From a virus (taxonomy: Duplodnaviria; Heunggongvirae; Uroviricota; Caudoviricetes): 39,599 nt of DNA. Of the stretch, positions 26,568 through 35,802 are shown piece after piece. The first letter of the stretch is position 1. The number at the start of each line of letters is the position of its first letter. The stretch is taken from the IMG/VR virus record IMGVR_UViG_3300043444_000502, positions 128,001-167,599 of that record, one strand, 5' to 3'. The notes beneath the pieces were generated by a model. The model was not told the DNA's origin. It saw nothing but the letters and a program-made list of their open reading frames with translations, and ran no database searches. Both the position numbers and the translations under genes were made by a program.

Positions 26568-26596
26568 CTGCAAGAAAAATATTTTCAGGGGGCCTA

Positions 26597-26625
26597 TGTA
26601 CAACGAGAAAAAGTCGTAGTATAAT
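26597..26625 (+). promoter_or_regulatory. early promoter
   Basis: TGTACA-N17-TATAAT. Confidence 0.85.
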
Positions 26626-26631
26626 AGATCT

Positions 26632-26970
26632 ATGCTGATCTATACTAATCAATCATCCAAGCGACGTAAACGTAAACCTACTGCTAAGCAGCGAGAATTG
26701 CAAGCTTCGTGGGAAGCACTTCTTAAGAAGTATGAGCCTAAGAAACCACTTCCTAAAAGCGTTAAACCAAGCAAAATAGTTAAGCCATACGTACGCGAAA
26801 CACCGCACTATCCTTCACTGAATAGCGGTTATCACGATTGTACGAAGAAGCAGCAACATCAATACACCGGTGACAAGATGCTTGGTATCGGTACACTTCA
26901 CAAGTCAAACGCAGTGCCTGTATTCAGTAGCGATGATGCTAAGGAAATCAGTAGAATGCGAAGAGGCTAA
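26632..26970 (+). CDS. conserved basic T4-like hypothetical protein
   Basis: YTGDKMLGIGTLHKSNAVPVF..MRR. Confidence 0.8.
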   Translation: MLIYTNQSSKRRKRKPTAKQRELQASWEALLKKYEPKKPLPKSVKPSKIVKPYVRETPHYPSLNSGYHDCTKKQQHQYTGDKMLGIGTLHKSNAVPVFSSDDAKEISRMRRG

Positions 26971-26978
26971 TTCTCCAG

Positions 26979-27112
26979 TTTTTTTCCAAGATGAAATAGC
27001 GTGGGGGTCACCCCGGGCCCCCTAAGCTTCCCCAGATTGAGGGCCCCTTCATTTCACCAGGTGATAAAAAGTTCTAATTTTTAAAAAGTCCAATGGTATC
27101 AATAACTTGCAC
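26979..27112. repeat. GC-rich non-coding element with IHF box, related to 6987-7095
   Basis: 27083-27112 is the reverse complement of 7066-7095 (29/30); GGGCCCC repeats. Confidence 0.7.
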
Positions 27113-27136
27113 AGCGAAATATTTTTCTCCGGCCTA

Positions 27137-27165
27137 TGTACAAACAGCATGAAATAGGGTATAAT
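27137..27165 (+). promoter_or_regulatory. early promoter, near-duplicate of the 7124 promoter
   Basis: CCTATGTACAAACAGCATG...AGGGTATAATAT shared by both. Confidence 0.85.
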
Positions 27166-27197
27166 ATTCCTATACAGTGAAAAAAGGAACAAATTAT

Positions 27198-27581
27198 ATG
27201 ATGATCGTTATCGCTACACAGGACTATGAAAATTACGCAGCACATCAAGGTTTTGATGGCACTTTCCGATGGAAAGCTAAAGGTGGTTCAGAGTTCAAGA
27301 TTGTTGACGTTCCACAAAATGTTGACATTGACGAAGTAGTGGAAATGGTTCGTGATGAGATCGAACGCAATGATGAATACTTTCAAACTACCATCATTGG
27401 TTATGGTCCAAAATCAGATGACTATTTGAGTTGGTTCGAAAAGTCTCAACTTGAATATGACGGAGAAATTGCTCATCGCGAACCCGTGATCGAATATAGC
27501 GACTTAGTTGCTCGTTATACAGATCCAATGGAATATGCTGAGATGTGTGCAGATAACGATGCAATAGCTTATGGAGAATAA
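27198..27581 (+). CDS. hypothetical acidic early protein
   Basis: AAGGA SD; ENYAAH..WKAKGG. Confidence 0.8.
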   Translation: MMIVIATQDYENYAAHQGFDGTFRWKAKGGSEFKIVDVPQNVDIDEVVEMVRDEIERNDEYFQTTIIGYGPKSDDYLSWFEKSQLEYDGEIAHREPVIEYSDLVARYTDPMEYAEMCADNDAIAYGE

Positions 27582-27582
27582 T

Positions 27583-27810
27583 ATGAGAACATACAATGGA
27601 GTTGAATACAATGATCGTCATGGTGGTCCATTCGATCGTGGTTCTGCTGATAGTTGGTATGGTCGTCCAACTGATCCACATTATTATGTTGGAGACACAC
27701 ATACAACAATTAGAATCGATTTAGTTGATATGAGCAAAAAAGAGATTGAAGACTATTTTGCTGGTTATAATTGGAATGAAGAATTCGGCGGAAAAAAGGA
27801 GTATGACTAA
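27583..27810 (+). CDS. hypothetical early protein
   Basis: RHGGPFDRGSADSWYGR; GGAG SD. Confidence 0.8.
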   Translation: MRTYNGVEYNDRHGGPFDRGSADSWYGRPTDPHYYVGDTHTTIRIDLVDMSKKEIEDYFAGYNWNEEFGGKKEYD

Positions 27811-28013
27811 TGTTAGCATTTTGTGATTATATTGCATTTCGTACACAGAAGTTTTTTGGCGAAATCACTAAACAAGGCGATACGTATCTGAAAGACGTAT
27901 CTAGAGTTGAATATGATCTTAGTGAAACTGGTTCATTTATGTCAACGAAAAAAACAATGATTGTGACTGATCATAGCGGCAAAAAATATCGTTTAACTGT
28001 GGAAGAAGTATGA
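27810..28013 (+). CDS. hypothetical protein
   Basis: AAGGAG SD; coupled. Confidence 0.7.
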   Translation: MLAFCDYIAFRTQKFFGEITKQGDTYLKDVSRVEYDLSETGSFMSTKKTMIVTDHSGKKYRLTVEEV

Positions 28014-28132
28014 CAAAATACGTCTTGATGCGTGAAGATGGCAAATATGACGTATTTTCTGTAAAAGCTTGTGCTGAGATTTATCAATTAAGTCGAGGCG
28101 GTAAAATTCTTGAAATTTTTGTAGGAGATTAA
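28010..28132 (+). CDS. 40-aa hypothetical protein, not in the ORF track
   Basis: ATGA overlap; fills the gap exactly. Confidence 0.6.
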   Translation: MTKYVLMREDGKYDVFSVKACAEIYQLSRGGKILEIFVGD

Positions 28133-28134
28133 TT

Positions 28135-28515
28135 ATGGGTTTAGATATGTACGCATACCGCGTTAAGAAAGAATATGTTGTGAACGATTTTGAGTTTAAC
28201 TCAGATCAAAATCCTGCAGAAGACTTGGCCTATTGGCGTAAGTTTAATGCTCTTCACGCTTGGATGGAAAATCTGTACAAAGATCGTGGAGGTCCAAAGG
28301 AATCATTTAACTGTGCACCTATTCGGTTGCATCTTGAAGATCTTGATCAACTGCAGCGTGACATTGGTGAAAATAAACTAACGCCAGCAGAAGGATTTTT
28401 CTGGGGTTCACAGACGATTTATCCTGAAGACATTGCATCAGCAATGAAGTTTATCTTCGAAGCACGCCAAGCAATCAAAGAAGGCGATGCGGTTTACTAC
28501 GATTCATGGTGGTAA
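28135..28515 (+). CDS. conserved phage hypothetical protein
   Basis: MGLDMY..YWRK..H.W..GFFWG..YYDSWW. Confidence 0.8.
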   Translation: MGLDMYAYRVKKEYVVNDFEFNSDQNPAEDLAYWRKFNALHAWMENLYKDRGGPKESFNCAPIRLHLEDLDQLQRDIGENKLTPAEGFFWGSQTIYPEDIASAMKFIFEARQAIKEGDAVYYDSWW

Positions 28516-28516
28516 T

Positions 28517-28735
28517 ATGGTAATTAGAGCGAAACAACTTGATCGCGAATATGTGATCGATCTTACTGGTCCAGAAGGCAATGCATTTTGTTTAATGGGA
28601 TATGCAAAGCGATTTGCAAAACAACTTGGACTTGATAGTAAAGTTATCATCGAAGAAATGATGAGCGGAGATTATGAAAATCTATTGCAAGTCTTTGATG
28701 GTTATTTTGGTGATTATGTAGTATTGGAACGATAA
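28517..28735 (+). CDS. conserved hypothetical protein
   Basis: IDLTGPEGNAF..MMSGDYENL. Confidence 0.8.
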   Translation: MVIRAKQLDREYVIDLTGPEGNAFCLMGYAKRFAKQLGLDSKVIIEEMMSGDYENLLQVFDGYFGDYVVLER

Positions 28736-29238
28736 TGATTCGTTGGATTGAAAACGTAGCGTGGGATGATGTTAAGAATGGTTGGCATTCTGACATGGGT
28801 CCAAATGCAATGCTGATTCAGATCATGGATCCGCCTGGCAATTTCCCTACTCCTAAGCATACATTCAAGGAAGTTCATCAGTTTGATTTCCTTGATATCG
28901 AGGATGGTGATTGCAAAAACGATCCTAACATGGCAGAATTTGCAATCAATGATGAGCAAGCTGCTGAGATTGCTCGTCTGTTGCAGCACGCTATAGATAA
29001 TAGCATGAATGTATTGGTACACTGCTTTGCAGGTATCTGTCGTAGTGGTGCAGTATGCGAAGTTGGTACTATGCTTGGCTTTACTGCAACTGATCGCTAT
29101 CGTCAACCTAACTTGCGTGTGAAGCACAAGATCATGCGTGCATTAGGAATGTATTACGACGAGGATGAGGTGTCTAAAGGTACCGGTGGCAGTATCAGCG
29201 CTGGTGGTATCCTCGTCCCATATAAGGATGAAGAATGA
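28735..29238 (+). CDS. protein-tyrosine/dual-specificity phosphatase-like protein
   Basis: VHCFAGICRS (HCx5R); FLD general-acid loop. Confidence 0.85.
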   Translation: MIRWIENVAWDDVKNGWHSDMGPNAMLIQIMDPPGNFPTPKHTFKEVHQFDFLDIEDGDCKNDPNMAEFAINDEQAAEIARLLQHAIDNSMNVLVHCFAGICRSGAVCEVGTMLGFTATDRYRQPNLRVKHKIMRALGMYYDEDEVSKGTGGSISAGGILVPYKDEE

Positions 29239-29519
29239 TTGAATATTTTAAACCTACATTGGAGTGGATTCGTGAAGATTGGCAAAGTCATAGAACGCGT
29301 TTTTTGGTTGAACTCATTGCTTGGGCTATTAGCATTGGTTGTAGTCTCACTATGGCTATCACCGTTCCCAACCCCCCACTTCTTATCTTATACCCTGTTT
29401 GGATATCCGGTTGCGCTATGTATGCTTGGGCTGCCTATACTAGGAAATCTTTTGGCATGCTTGCTAACTACATTCTACTCACCACAATCGACACTGTCGG
29501 ATTGATCAGAATGCTATGA
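29235..29519 (+). CDS. small membrane protein
   Basis: Three hydrophobic segments. Confidence 0.7.
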   Translation: MIEYFKPTLEWIREDWQSHRTRFLVELIAWAISIGCSLTMAITVPNPPLLILYPVWISGCAMYAWAAYTRKSFGMLANYILLTTIDTVGLIRML

Positions 29520-29728
29520 CATTGTTTAAAGCTATTTTGCAAATACTAAAATACATTCTACTTGTTGGTGGTTTGATATTTTGGTTTACTGTAGCAGTTG
29601 GTCTTGGTTTAAGCGTAGAAGAACATGTGTATGATTGTAGTTTAGCAGAAATATCACCAGATTTTCCAATAGAAGCTAGAAATGAGTGTAGGAGAATTAA
29701 CAGTGTCAAACGAAGAACAGAAGCTTAA
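29516..29728 (+). CDS. small membrane protein
   Basis: TM then YDCSLAEISPDFP..EC. Confidence 0.7.
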   Translation: MTLFKAILQILKYILLVGGLIFWFTVAVGLGLSVEEHVYDCSLAEISPDFPIEARNECRRINSVKRRTEA

Positions 29729-29957
29729 ACATAGTGAACGTTTACATCAAAAAGAAACTAAACTTGAAAAGAAGATGAGACTTGCTAAAGAGTACCATCA
29801 TGAGCATGCGTTAAAGAATCCACACAAATATCATAAAGCATCTTTGTTTAATTGTGGAAATCCGGATTGTGTTATGTGTATGAATCCGCGCAAAGCCTTT
29901 GGCGAGAAGACAATGCAAGAGCGTAAGTTTGATCAGAAAGAAATGTATGATGAATGA
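29703..29957 (+). CDS. hypothetical protein with C-x4-C-x2-C motif
   Basis: AGGAG SD before GTG; NCGNPDCVMCMNPRK. Confidence 0.7.
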   Translation: MSNEEQKLKHSERLHQKETKLEKKMRLAKEYHHEHALKNPHKYHKASLFNCGNPDCVMCMNPRKAFGEKTMQERKFDQKEMYDE

Positions 29958-30108
29958 AGAACGAAAAATGGTAATGCAATCTGTATTAGAAGGTAAACTA
30001 CCTGCTGATGCTGTAACTATGGAAGAACTTCATGAAGTAGAAGCCATTCTATTTGAATTAATTGCAGATCGTAAAACACCGTTTCAAACATGGGAAACAC
30101 TACAATGA
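29950..30108 (+). CDS. hypothetical protein
   Basis: Coupled small ORF. Confidence 0.55.
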   Translation: MNEERKMVMQSVLEGKLPADAVTMEELHEVEAILFELIADRKTPFQTWETLQ

Positions 30109-30284
30109 TGAATTATCATGAATTAGATGTTCTATGCGGTAATTTGCAAGAAGAAATTAATCTTATGAAAAAACGCATGGATAATTTAGAATTAATGAAT
30201 CAGATGCTTAACGAAGAATGTAATGCACTTCGTCAGCAATTAAAATATGCTGAACAACAGGTGTACAATGGCTCAACAATGTGA
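30105..30284 (+). CDS. small coiled-coil protein
   Basis: ATGA overlap; heptad pattern. Confidence 0.6.
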   Translation: MMNYHELDVLCGNLQEEINLMKKRMDNLELMNQMLNEECNALRQQLKYAEQQVYNGSTM

Positions 30285-30290
30285 TATAAT
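30262..30290 (+). promoter_or_regulatory. early promoter
   Basis: TGTACA-N17-TATAAT. Confidence 0.75.
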
Positions 30291-30295
30291 ATATC

Positions 30296-30637
30296 ATGAG
30301 TTTAGAAAGTTTCTTTGTAGCAAGTAATGACGATGAAATTAAATCAAAAATTAGGCAACGTAGAGCGCAAATGCTTATTCACTCTTGCATATATTATGAA
30401 CTTAATGACAACATCATTAGCGACCATCGTTGGCAAACTTGGGCAGATGAACTTGAAAAACTTCAACGTGAAAACCCTAATTGCTGTAGTATTGGGTTTT
30501 TTGATCGTGAATTCGCTAATTGGACTGGCGCAACAGGTAATCACTTACCGCATCGCCATCCATGGGTTTTAGCAAAATCACAATATATTATGATGTTACA
30601 TAGGAAAAATTATGGACAAGATCACATTGTACCTTGA
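30296..30637 (+). CDS. stand-alone NAD+-dependent DNA ligase domain Ia-like protein
   Basis: HSCIYYELNDNIISDHRW..ELEKLQRENP resembles the H..YY..D...SD..YD..L..LE..P motif. Confidence 0.65.
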   Translation: MSLESFFVASNDDEIKSKIRQRRAQMLIHSCIYYELNDNIISDHRWQTWADELEKLQRENPNCCSIGFFDREFANWTGATGNHLPHRHPWVLAKSQYIMMLHRKNYGQDHIVP

Positions 30638-31127
30638 TATGGATGGAGTTCTTACGAACTTTGAAAAAGCATACCGCGCGATGTGGCATGAATTTACATT
30701 TGATCGCGAACGTTTCCGTGAAGCTGTTATGGAACGTAAGATCTTTCGCGAGCTTGAATGGATGCCTAATGGTGAAATGTTTATTGAAGGTATTCGCAAA
30801 CTTGAAAAAGATTATAATCTAAATGTTGAAATGCTTACGTCAACTGGTACTCATCGTACTGATATGAAAGCTGAAGGCATTGTCCAAAAGACTGCATGGT
30901 TAAAAGAACATGGGATCATTTGGAAACCTAACTTTGTTTGCTCTAAGCCTGAAAAATCGCAATATGCAGTTGAAGGTAAAACCATTTTGATTGATGATCA
31001 CGAAGGTTGTACAAAACCTTTCATTGAAAAAGGTGGTATTGCATTCTTGCATAAAGATTCAGATTATAGACTTACATTAGATAAACTTGATTGGTGTTTA
31101 GACGAACTTACTCGTGAGATTGTATGA
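30612..31127 (+). CDS. HAD-family 5'(3')-deoxyribonucleotidase-like protein
   Basis: LDMDGVL, LTS, K, ILIDD. Confidence 0.85.
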   Translation: MDKITLYLDMDGVLTNFEKAYRAMWHEFTFDRERFREAVMERKIFRELEWMPNGEMFIEGIRKLEKDYNLNVEMLTSTGTHRTDMKAEGIVQKTAWLKEHGIIWKPNFVCSKPEKSQYAVEGKTILIDDHEGCTKPFIEKGGIAFLHKDSDYRLTLDKLDWCLDELTREIV

Positions 31128-31786
31128 ATATCTTCTATCTAGATCGTAATCCTGTACAAGCTGCACGAGCACATCTCGATAAACATGTTGTTAAAATGAT
31201 TCTCGAATATGCTCAATTACTTTCAACTGCTCATCGTATTCTTGACGGGACTGAGCTTTCCATTATTTCTGAATCTGGTCGCAAAAAGAAAGTATGGCAA
31301 CTTCCTGATCATCGCGATAGTGTGTTGTATTCTGCTACTCACACCAATCATCCTTCCGCTATTTGGGCAAGACAAACCGACACAAACTACGATTACTTGT
31401 ACGCTTTGTTCGTAGCAACATGTGACGAATATACACATCGTTACGGTAAAGTCCATTTGACTGATACTAAGCTTCGTGATGTATTGCATCAAATCCCAAA
31501 GAATATTGGTAGATCAAAAATCTGGGTACCGCCGACGCCTGCAATGCCAGATGAATGTAAAGTGATTGGTGATCATTTGGCTAGTTATCGTAAATACTAT
31601 ATAGATAAAAAAGCTGATATGGCTATGTGGACTAACCGCGAGCCACCTGAATGGTTTATTAACGGAGTTAAGGAAAAAGATGCCTACGTATGCATACCGA
31701 TGCAACAAGTGCGAGAACGTTTTCGAAAGGTTCCTATCGTTAAGTCGACGCGAAGAACCTCTTCAAGAAGCGTGTCCAAATTGTAA
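31124..31786 (+). CDS. pyrimidine-dimer DNA glycosylase-like protein
   Basis: MNIFYLD..DKHVVKMILEYAQLLSTAH..HTNHPSAIW..EYTHRYGKVH. Confidence 0.7.
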   Translation: MNIFYLDRNPVQAARAHLDKHVVKMILEYAQLLSTAHRILDGTELSIISESGRKKKVWQLPDHRDSVLYSATHTNHPSAIWARQTDTNYDYLYALFVATCDEYTHRYGKVHLTDTKLRDVLHQIPKNIGRSKIWVPPTPAMPDECKVIGDHLASYRKYYIDKKADMAMWTNREPPEWFINGVKEKDAYVCIPMQQVRERFRKVPIVKSTRRTSSRSVSKL

Positions 31787-31940
31787 TGAAAAAAATTGTG
31801 TTGCACAAACATTAACAAAACCTCCAGCATTAGTGAGTGATAGTAGAGATATTCATTCACGTGCTGGTTCTGAATTTAATAATAGACTACAACAAATTAA
31901 AAAAGGTTCTGGTCGAAGAAATACAATTAAGCATATCTAA
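31680..31940 (+). CDS. FmdB-family zinc-ribbon protein
   Basis: MPTYAYRCNKC..CPNC; AAGGA SD. Confidence 0.85.
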   Translation: MPTYAYRCNKCENVFERFLSLSRREEPLQEACPNCNEKNCVAQTLTKPPALVSDSRDIHSRAGSEFNNRLQQIKKGSGRRNTIKHI

Positions 31941-32650
31941 TGACAAAACAATCTGAACAGCTAGTAACTAAAAAACTACCAAAATTAAAAATTGAACATC
32001 TAGCTAAAATTGATCCGTTAACGGATAATCAATCTAAAGCATTTCATGCGTATCATAAAGATCGTAATTTAATTCTATCTGGATCTGCAGGTACTGGTAA
32101 AACATTTCTTTCTATGTTTTTGGCATTGCGCGAAGTACTAGAAGGAAAAGGACCATATAAAAAAGTAGTGATTGTACGATCTATCGTTCCTACACGTGAT
32201 ATTGGATTTTTACCTGGCGATGAACAAGAAAAGAAGGAAGTGTATATGCTTCCTTATATCGATATCTGTCAAGAACTATTTGGAGTTAAAGATGCGTTTG
32301 AACGTTTATTTGAAAATGGTCAAATTGAATTTCTTACTACATCATTTATTCGAGGTACAACATTAAATAATTGTATCATTATTTTAGATGAAATGCAGAA
32401 CTGCGTATTTAGAGAACTCGATACAGTAATTACACGCGTTGGTAATCATGCAAAATTTATTATGTGCGGTGATTATTATCAATCAGATTTCGATAAAGAT
32501 AAAGATAAACAAGGTATCGTTAACTTTATGAAGATTGTAAATTCAATGAATAGTTTTACACACATTGAATTTCAGTGGCCTGACATTGTTCGTTCTGACT
32601 TTGTTAGAGATTATATTGTAACTAAGGAATCTTTAAAGATCGTATCATGA
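31940..32650 (+). CDS. phoH: PhoH-like ATPase
   Basis: GSAGTGKT, IGFLPG, FIRGTT, DEMQN, GDYYQSD. Confidence 0.95.
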   Translation: MTKQSEQLVTKKLPKLKIEHLAKIDPLTDNQSKAFHAYHKDRNLILSGSAGTGKTFLSMFLALREVLEGKGPYKKVVIVRSIVPTRDIGFLPGDEQEKKEVYMLPYIDICQELFGVKDAFERLFENGQIEFLTTSFIRGTTLNNCIIILDEMQNCVFRELDTVITRVGNHAKFIMCGDYYQSDFDKDKDKQGIVNFMKIVNSMNSFTHIEFQWPDIVRSDFVRDYIVTKESLKIVS

Positions 32651-32835
32651 GTAGTTTTAGAAGACGTGATAGCGCTAAACAACAAAAGCGCAAGAGCAGT
32701 TCATCTGATAAATATGATAGAGAAAACAAATTGCATACAGAGCATTTTGTAAAGAAAATGGGTAAGCGAGATCGATTTGACAAATATAATGAAAAATACA
32801 GAAAATACGATGATGAGGAAGATTTTTACTCATAA
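32647..32835 (+). CDS. small charged hypothetical protein
   Basis: ATGA overlap. Confidence 0.55.
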   Translation: MSSFRRRDSAKQQKRKSSSSDKYDRENKLHTEHFVKKMGKRDRFDKYNEKYRKYDDEEDFYS

Positions 32836-33499
32836 TCCTATTGACTTAGGTTATGAAGATCTACTTACCGAAAACACTGAACAAGGTAGAAGATACGTTA
32901 CACCGCAAGGTCGTAAATATCCATCGATCACTACAGTATTAGGTCATTTTTCCAAACATGAATTAATGGAATGGCGTAAGCGTGTAGGTGAAGAAGAAGC
33001 AAATCGTGTATCTGCACATGCTTCGAGTCGTGGTACATCGCTTCACACTATCTGTGAAAAATACATAGATAACGAGGAAGATTATTTTGGCAAAGCGATG
33101 CCGCACGTGCGGGGAATGTTCAATTCAATCCAAAGCATCTTGGATGAGCGAATTGGAATGGTATACATGCAAGAAGTGCCGCTCTATTCAGACTACCTCA
33201 GGTTGGCAGGTAGGGTGGACCTTATCGCAGATTTCGATGGAGTGCCATCCATCATTGACTTCAAAACGTCAAGTAGACACAAAGAAGCCAGCGAAATCAC
33301 AAACTACTTCGAACAAGAAGCAGCATACGCAATCATGTTCGAAGAACGAACAAAAAAACCAGTAGTCAATTTGGTAACTATCATGGCAGTTGATGGTGGT
33401 GCACCATTGGTGTTTAAAGAACATCGCGACAACTATGCCCAATCACTAATATATAAGATAAGGTTATATGAAAATGAAAAAGGTCTTAAGTATGAGTAA
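32810..33499 (+). CDS. PD-(D/E)xK exonuclease
   Basis: YPSITTVL, RGTSLH, E.PL, AGRVD, IIDFKTS, Q..AY. Confidence 0.9.
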   Translation: MMRKIFTHNPIDLGYEDLLTENTEQGRRYVTPQGRKYPSITTVLGHFSKHELMEWRKRVGEEEANRVSAHASSRGTSLHTICEKYIDNEEDYFGKAMPHVRGMFNSIQSILDERIGMVYMQEVPLYSDYLRLAGRVDLIADFDGVPSIIDFKTSSRHKEASEITNYFEQEAAYAIMFEERTKKPVVNLVTIMAVDGGAPLVFKEHRDNYAQSLIYKIRLYENEKGLKYE

Positions 33500-34154
33500 T
33501 ACACCAACACCAACTACAACAGCTCAAAAAGCTTTTATTAATAAACCTATCAATCAACTACATACGTTTTATTTGAGCGGTACTATTGAAGATCCATCAG
33601 AATATATTGCATGGTTTGAAATTATGCGAAATGCTGGTGAACACGATGTAATTCAAATTCACATTAATTCTCCAGGTGGAGATTTATTCACAGCTATTCA
33701 ATTCTTACGTGCTATCGCAGATACACAAGCTCATGTAATTTGTTCAGTTGAAGGCGCATGTATGTCTGCAGCTACAATGATCTTTTTAACAGCTGATTCA
33801 TTTGAAGTTAGCGAACATTCCATGTTTATGTTCCACAATTATTCTAGTATGACATTCGGTAAAGGTGGAGAAATGTATGATAATATTATCCACGAAAGAA
33901 AATGGTCAGAGCATTTGTTACGCAGAATCTATGATGGATTTTTGCATGAAAGTGAAATTAGTTCATTATTGCAAAATAAAGATATTTGGATGGACGGCGA
34001 AGAAGTGCTTAAGCGTTTGACTGAACGTCAAAAGAAATTTGAAAAAGATCTTAAGCAAAAAAATGAAAAATTACCTAGTAAAACTGCAACTACGAAACCA
34101 GCAAACAAATCAGCTGCAAGAAAAAAACCTACAACTAAAAAGCCAGTCAATTGA
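33492..34154 (+). CDS. ClpP-like serine protease with Lys-rich tail
   Basis: INSPGGD, CMSAAT, MFH, D.W. Confidence 0.85.
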   Translation: MSNTPTPTTTAQKAFINKPINQLHTFYLSGTIEDPSEYIAWFEIMRNAGEHDVIQIHINSPGGDLFTAIQFLRAIADTQAHVICSVEGACMSAATMIFLTADSFEVSEHSMFMFHNYSSMTFGKGGEMYDNIIHERKWSEHLLRRIYDGFLHESEISSLLQNKDIWMDGEEVLKRLTERQKKFEKDLKQKNEKLPSKTATTKPANKSAARKKPTTKKPVN

Positions 34155-34182
34155 TGATGTAGTTCAACAAATCGCAGGCCAG

Positions 34183-34211
34183 TTTACAAATGTCGAAAAA
34201 TGTAGTATAAT
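34183..34211 (+). promoter_or_regulatory. early promoter
   Basis: TTTACA-N17-TATAAT. Confidence 0.8.
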
Positions 34212-34243
34212 ATCTCCTATAACGGAAATATTTACTGCAGATC

Positions 34244-34990
34244 ATGAATGACACTATTAGTTTAGCAGGTTTACTTTTTAGCATATTATTTGTGCCAGCT
34301 ACCAGCGCAACAACTGGTACTGGCACTTATTTTTATGGTCCTGAAACAAGCGATAATTATGCATGTAGTAGAGCAGAAATATCTGCAAGAATAGATGCAA
34401 TTAGATCAGTGATTGGAGAAAATTTATATGTTGATGAATTTAATCATTGCTCAGAAGATAAATCAAAAAACATAAAATGTTCAGCTGATAAAACAATTTA
34501 TTCAGTAACAGATTCTTATGTAAAAAGCGTTAAATCAATATCATCAGAAATTAAACCCATGATGGGTAAAAAAGCATGTACTGTCGACGTTGATGTGCGT
34601 GTTACGTCTGAACGACCAAAGATTGATGCATTTGTAGATGGAAAATTCATGTATCGTTCAGGCGATGAAATGAAATTTAGAATGGCAACAAATAAACCAA
34701 CAAAAGTTTATATGTTTCATATTGAAGGTTCTAAAGCAACTATGATGTGGCCATCGTATGTTGGTACTAATAATAAAGTGGAAAATGAATTGCATTTACC
34801 CACTCCTGGTTATAAATTTATTGCTCGTGCTTCTAAAGATAGATTTGATGAGCAGATAGTGTTTGTATTCACGAATGAAGAAATTAACTTTATGCGTGAT
34901 TACGACGTGAATGATTTTAATAACAAATTAATGTCTATTAAAATCAGTGATAGACGAATCATTCGTCGCAACCTTGTTATTGAACAGTAA
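34244..34990 (+). CDS. exported protein with C-terminal DUF4384-like Ig domain
   Basis: Signal peptide; Cys pairs; YRSGDEMKF..VYMF..MWP. Confidence 0.6.
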   Translation: MNDTISLAGLLFSILFVPATSATTGTGTYFYGPETSDNYACSRAEISARIDAIRSVIGENLYVDEFNHCSEDKSKNIKCSADKTIYSVTDSYVKSVKSISSEIKPMMGKKACTVDVDVRVTSERPKIDAFVDGKFMYRSGDEMKFRMATNKPTKVYMFHIEGSKATMMWPSYVGTNNKVENELHLPTPGYKFIARASKDRFDEQIVFVFTNEEINFMRDYDVNDFNNKLMSIKISDRRIIRRNLVIEQ

Positions 34991-34999
34991 GGATATATT

Positions 35000-35704
35000 A
35001 TGAAAAAGGTTATTTTAGTTGGTATGATTGCTGCAGCATTGACAGGTTGTGGCACTACTTCTCTCGTTGAAAAGAAAGCTGAATGGGTTCAGGGTTCAGA
35101 CAAAGTAGATTTGTCTATGGCGCCTGAGTGGTTTACTATGCATCTAGCAAATGATGGTTCACATATCTTTGCAACAGCAACTGAGTATTCAGCAGATTAT
35201 CAGTTTGCAATTGATAAAGCAATGTTAGCAGCTAAAGCACAACTTGCTGCGCAAGTAAACAATCGAATCCAAATGGATACCGAAACATTCATCGCTGAAG
35301 AAGGCAATGGTACTGATATCGATGACGTAGAACGTAAGACGTCGCGCACAACATCATCTAAAGTTGATAGTACATTGATCGTTGGTTTCAAGCGTGATAA
35401 AATCGAAGTACGTCGCGAAGGTCGTGGCTATCGTGTATATGTTCGCTTAGTGTATGATTACACAGATAACAATAAATTAGTACAACAAGCACAACGCATT
35501 GAAAAGCGTAAAGAAAAAGCAGCAGAGAAAAGGGCTGCTACCCAAACTCCTGTAATCGCTCCAGTACCAGAGGAAAGCAAGACACTTAGTCAGCGTGCAA
35601 ACGAGCTTCCCCATAACACCATAAGTGATCCGGTCGTTAAAAAGCGTGTAGAAGATGCAATTGCACGTGGAGATGCAGTAATCATCTCCAAGACTCTCCA
35701 GTAA
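35000..35704 (+). CDS. LPP20-like lipoprotein
   Basis: Lipobox LTGC; PEWF..AIDKAMLAAKAQLA. Confidence 0.75.
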   Translation: MKKVILVGMIAAALTGCGTTSLVEKKAEWVQGSDKVDLSMAPEWFTMHLANDGSHIFATATEYSADYQFAIDKAMLAAKAQLAAQVNNRIQMDTETFIAEEGNGTDIDDVERKTSRTTSSKVDSTLIVGFKRDKIEVRREGRGYRVYVRLVYDYTDNNKLVQQAQRIEKRKEKAAEKRAATQTPVIAPVPEESKTLSQRANELPHNTISDPVVKKRVEDAIARGDAVIISKTLQ

Positions 35705-35734
35705 GTTCTGATCCCCATATGGGGGTTAGAACTT
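35703..35734 (+). terminator. long hairpin / terminator
   Basis: AAGTTCTGATCCCC-ATAT-GGGGGTTAGAACTT. Confidence 0.65.
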
Positions 35735-35742
35735 TAGGCCTA

Positions 35743-35771
35743 TGTACAACAAGCAAAAAATATGGTATAAT
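35743..35771 (+). promoter_or_regulatory. early promoter
   Basis: TGTACA-N17-TATAAT. Confidence 0.85.
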
Positions 35772-35802
35772 ATACCTATGAAAATGAAAAAAGTGAGTTG
35801 TC

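Noticed and set aside
31680-31786. 107-nt overlap of the glycosylase-like gene with the FmdB gene as a programmed frameshift
   Set aside because: The downstream gene has its own SD and canonical MPTY start; a simple C-terminal run-on is sufficient.
2222-33365. Other alternative-frame + strand ORFs (2222, 4737, 5743, 21104, 21872, 29239, 33087) as overprinted genes
   Set aside because: Some coincide with milder local codon shifts, but they lack an SD and protein-like features; they are explainable as by-products.
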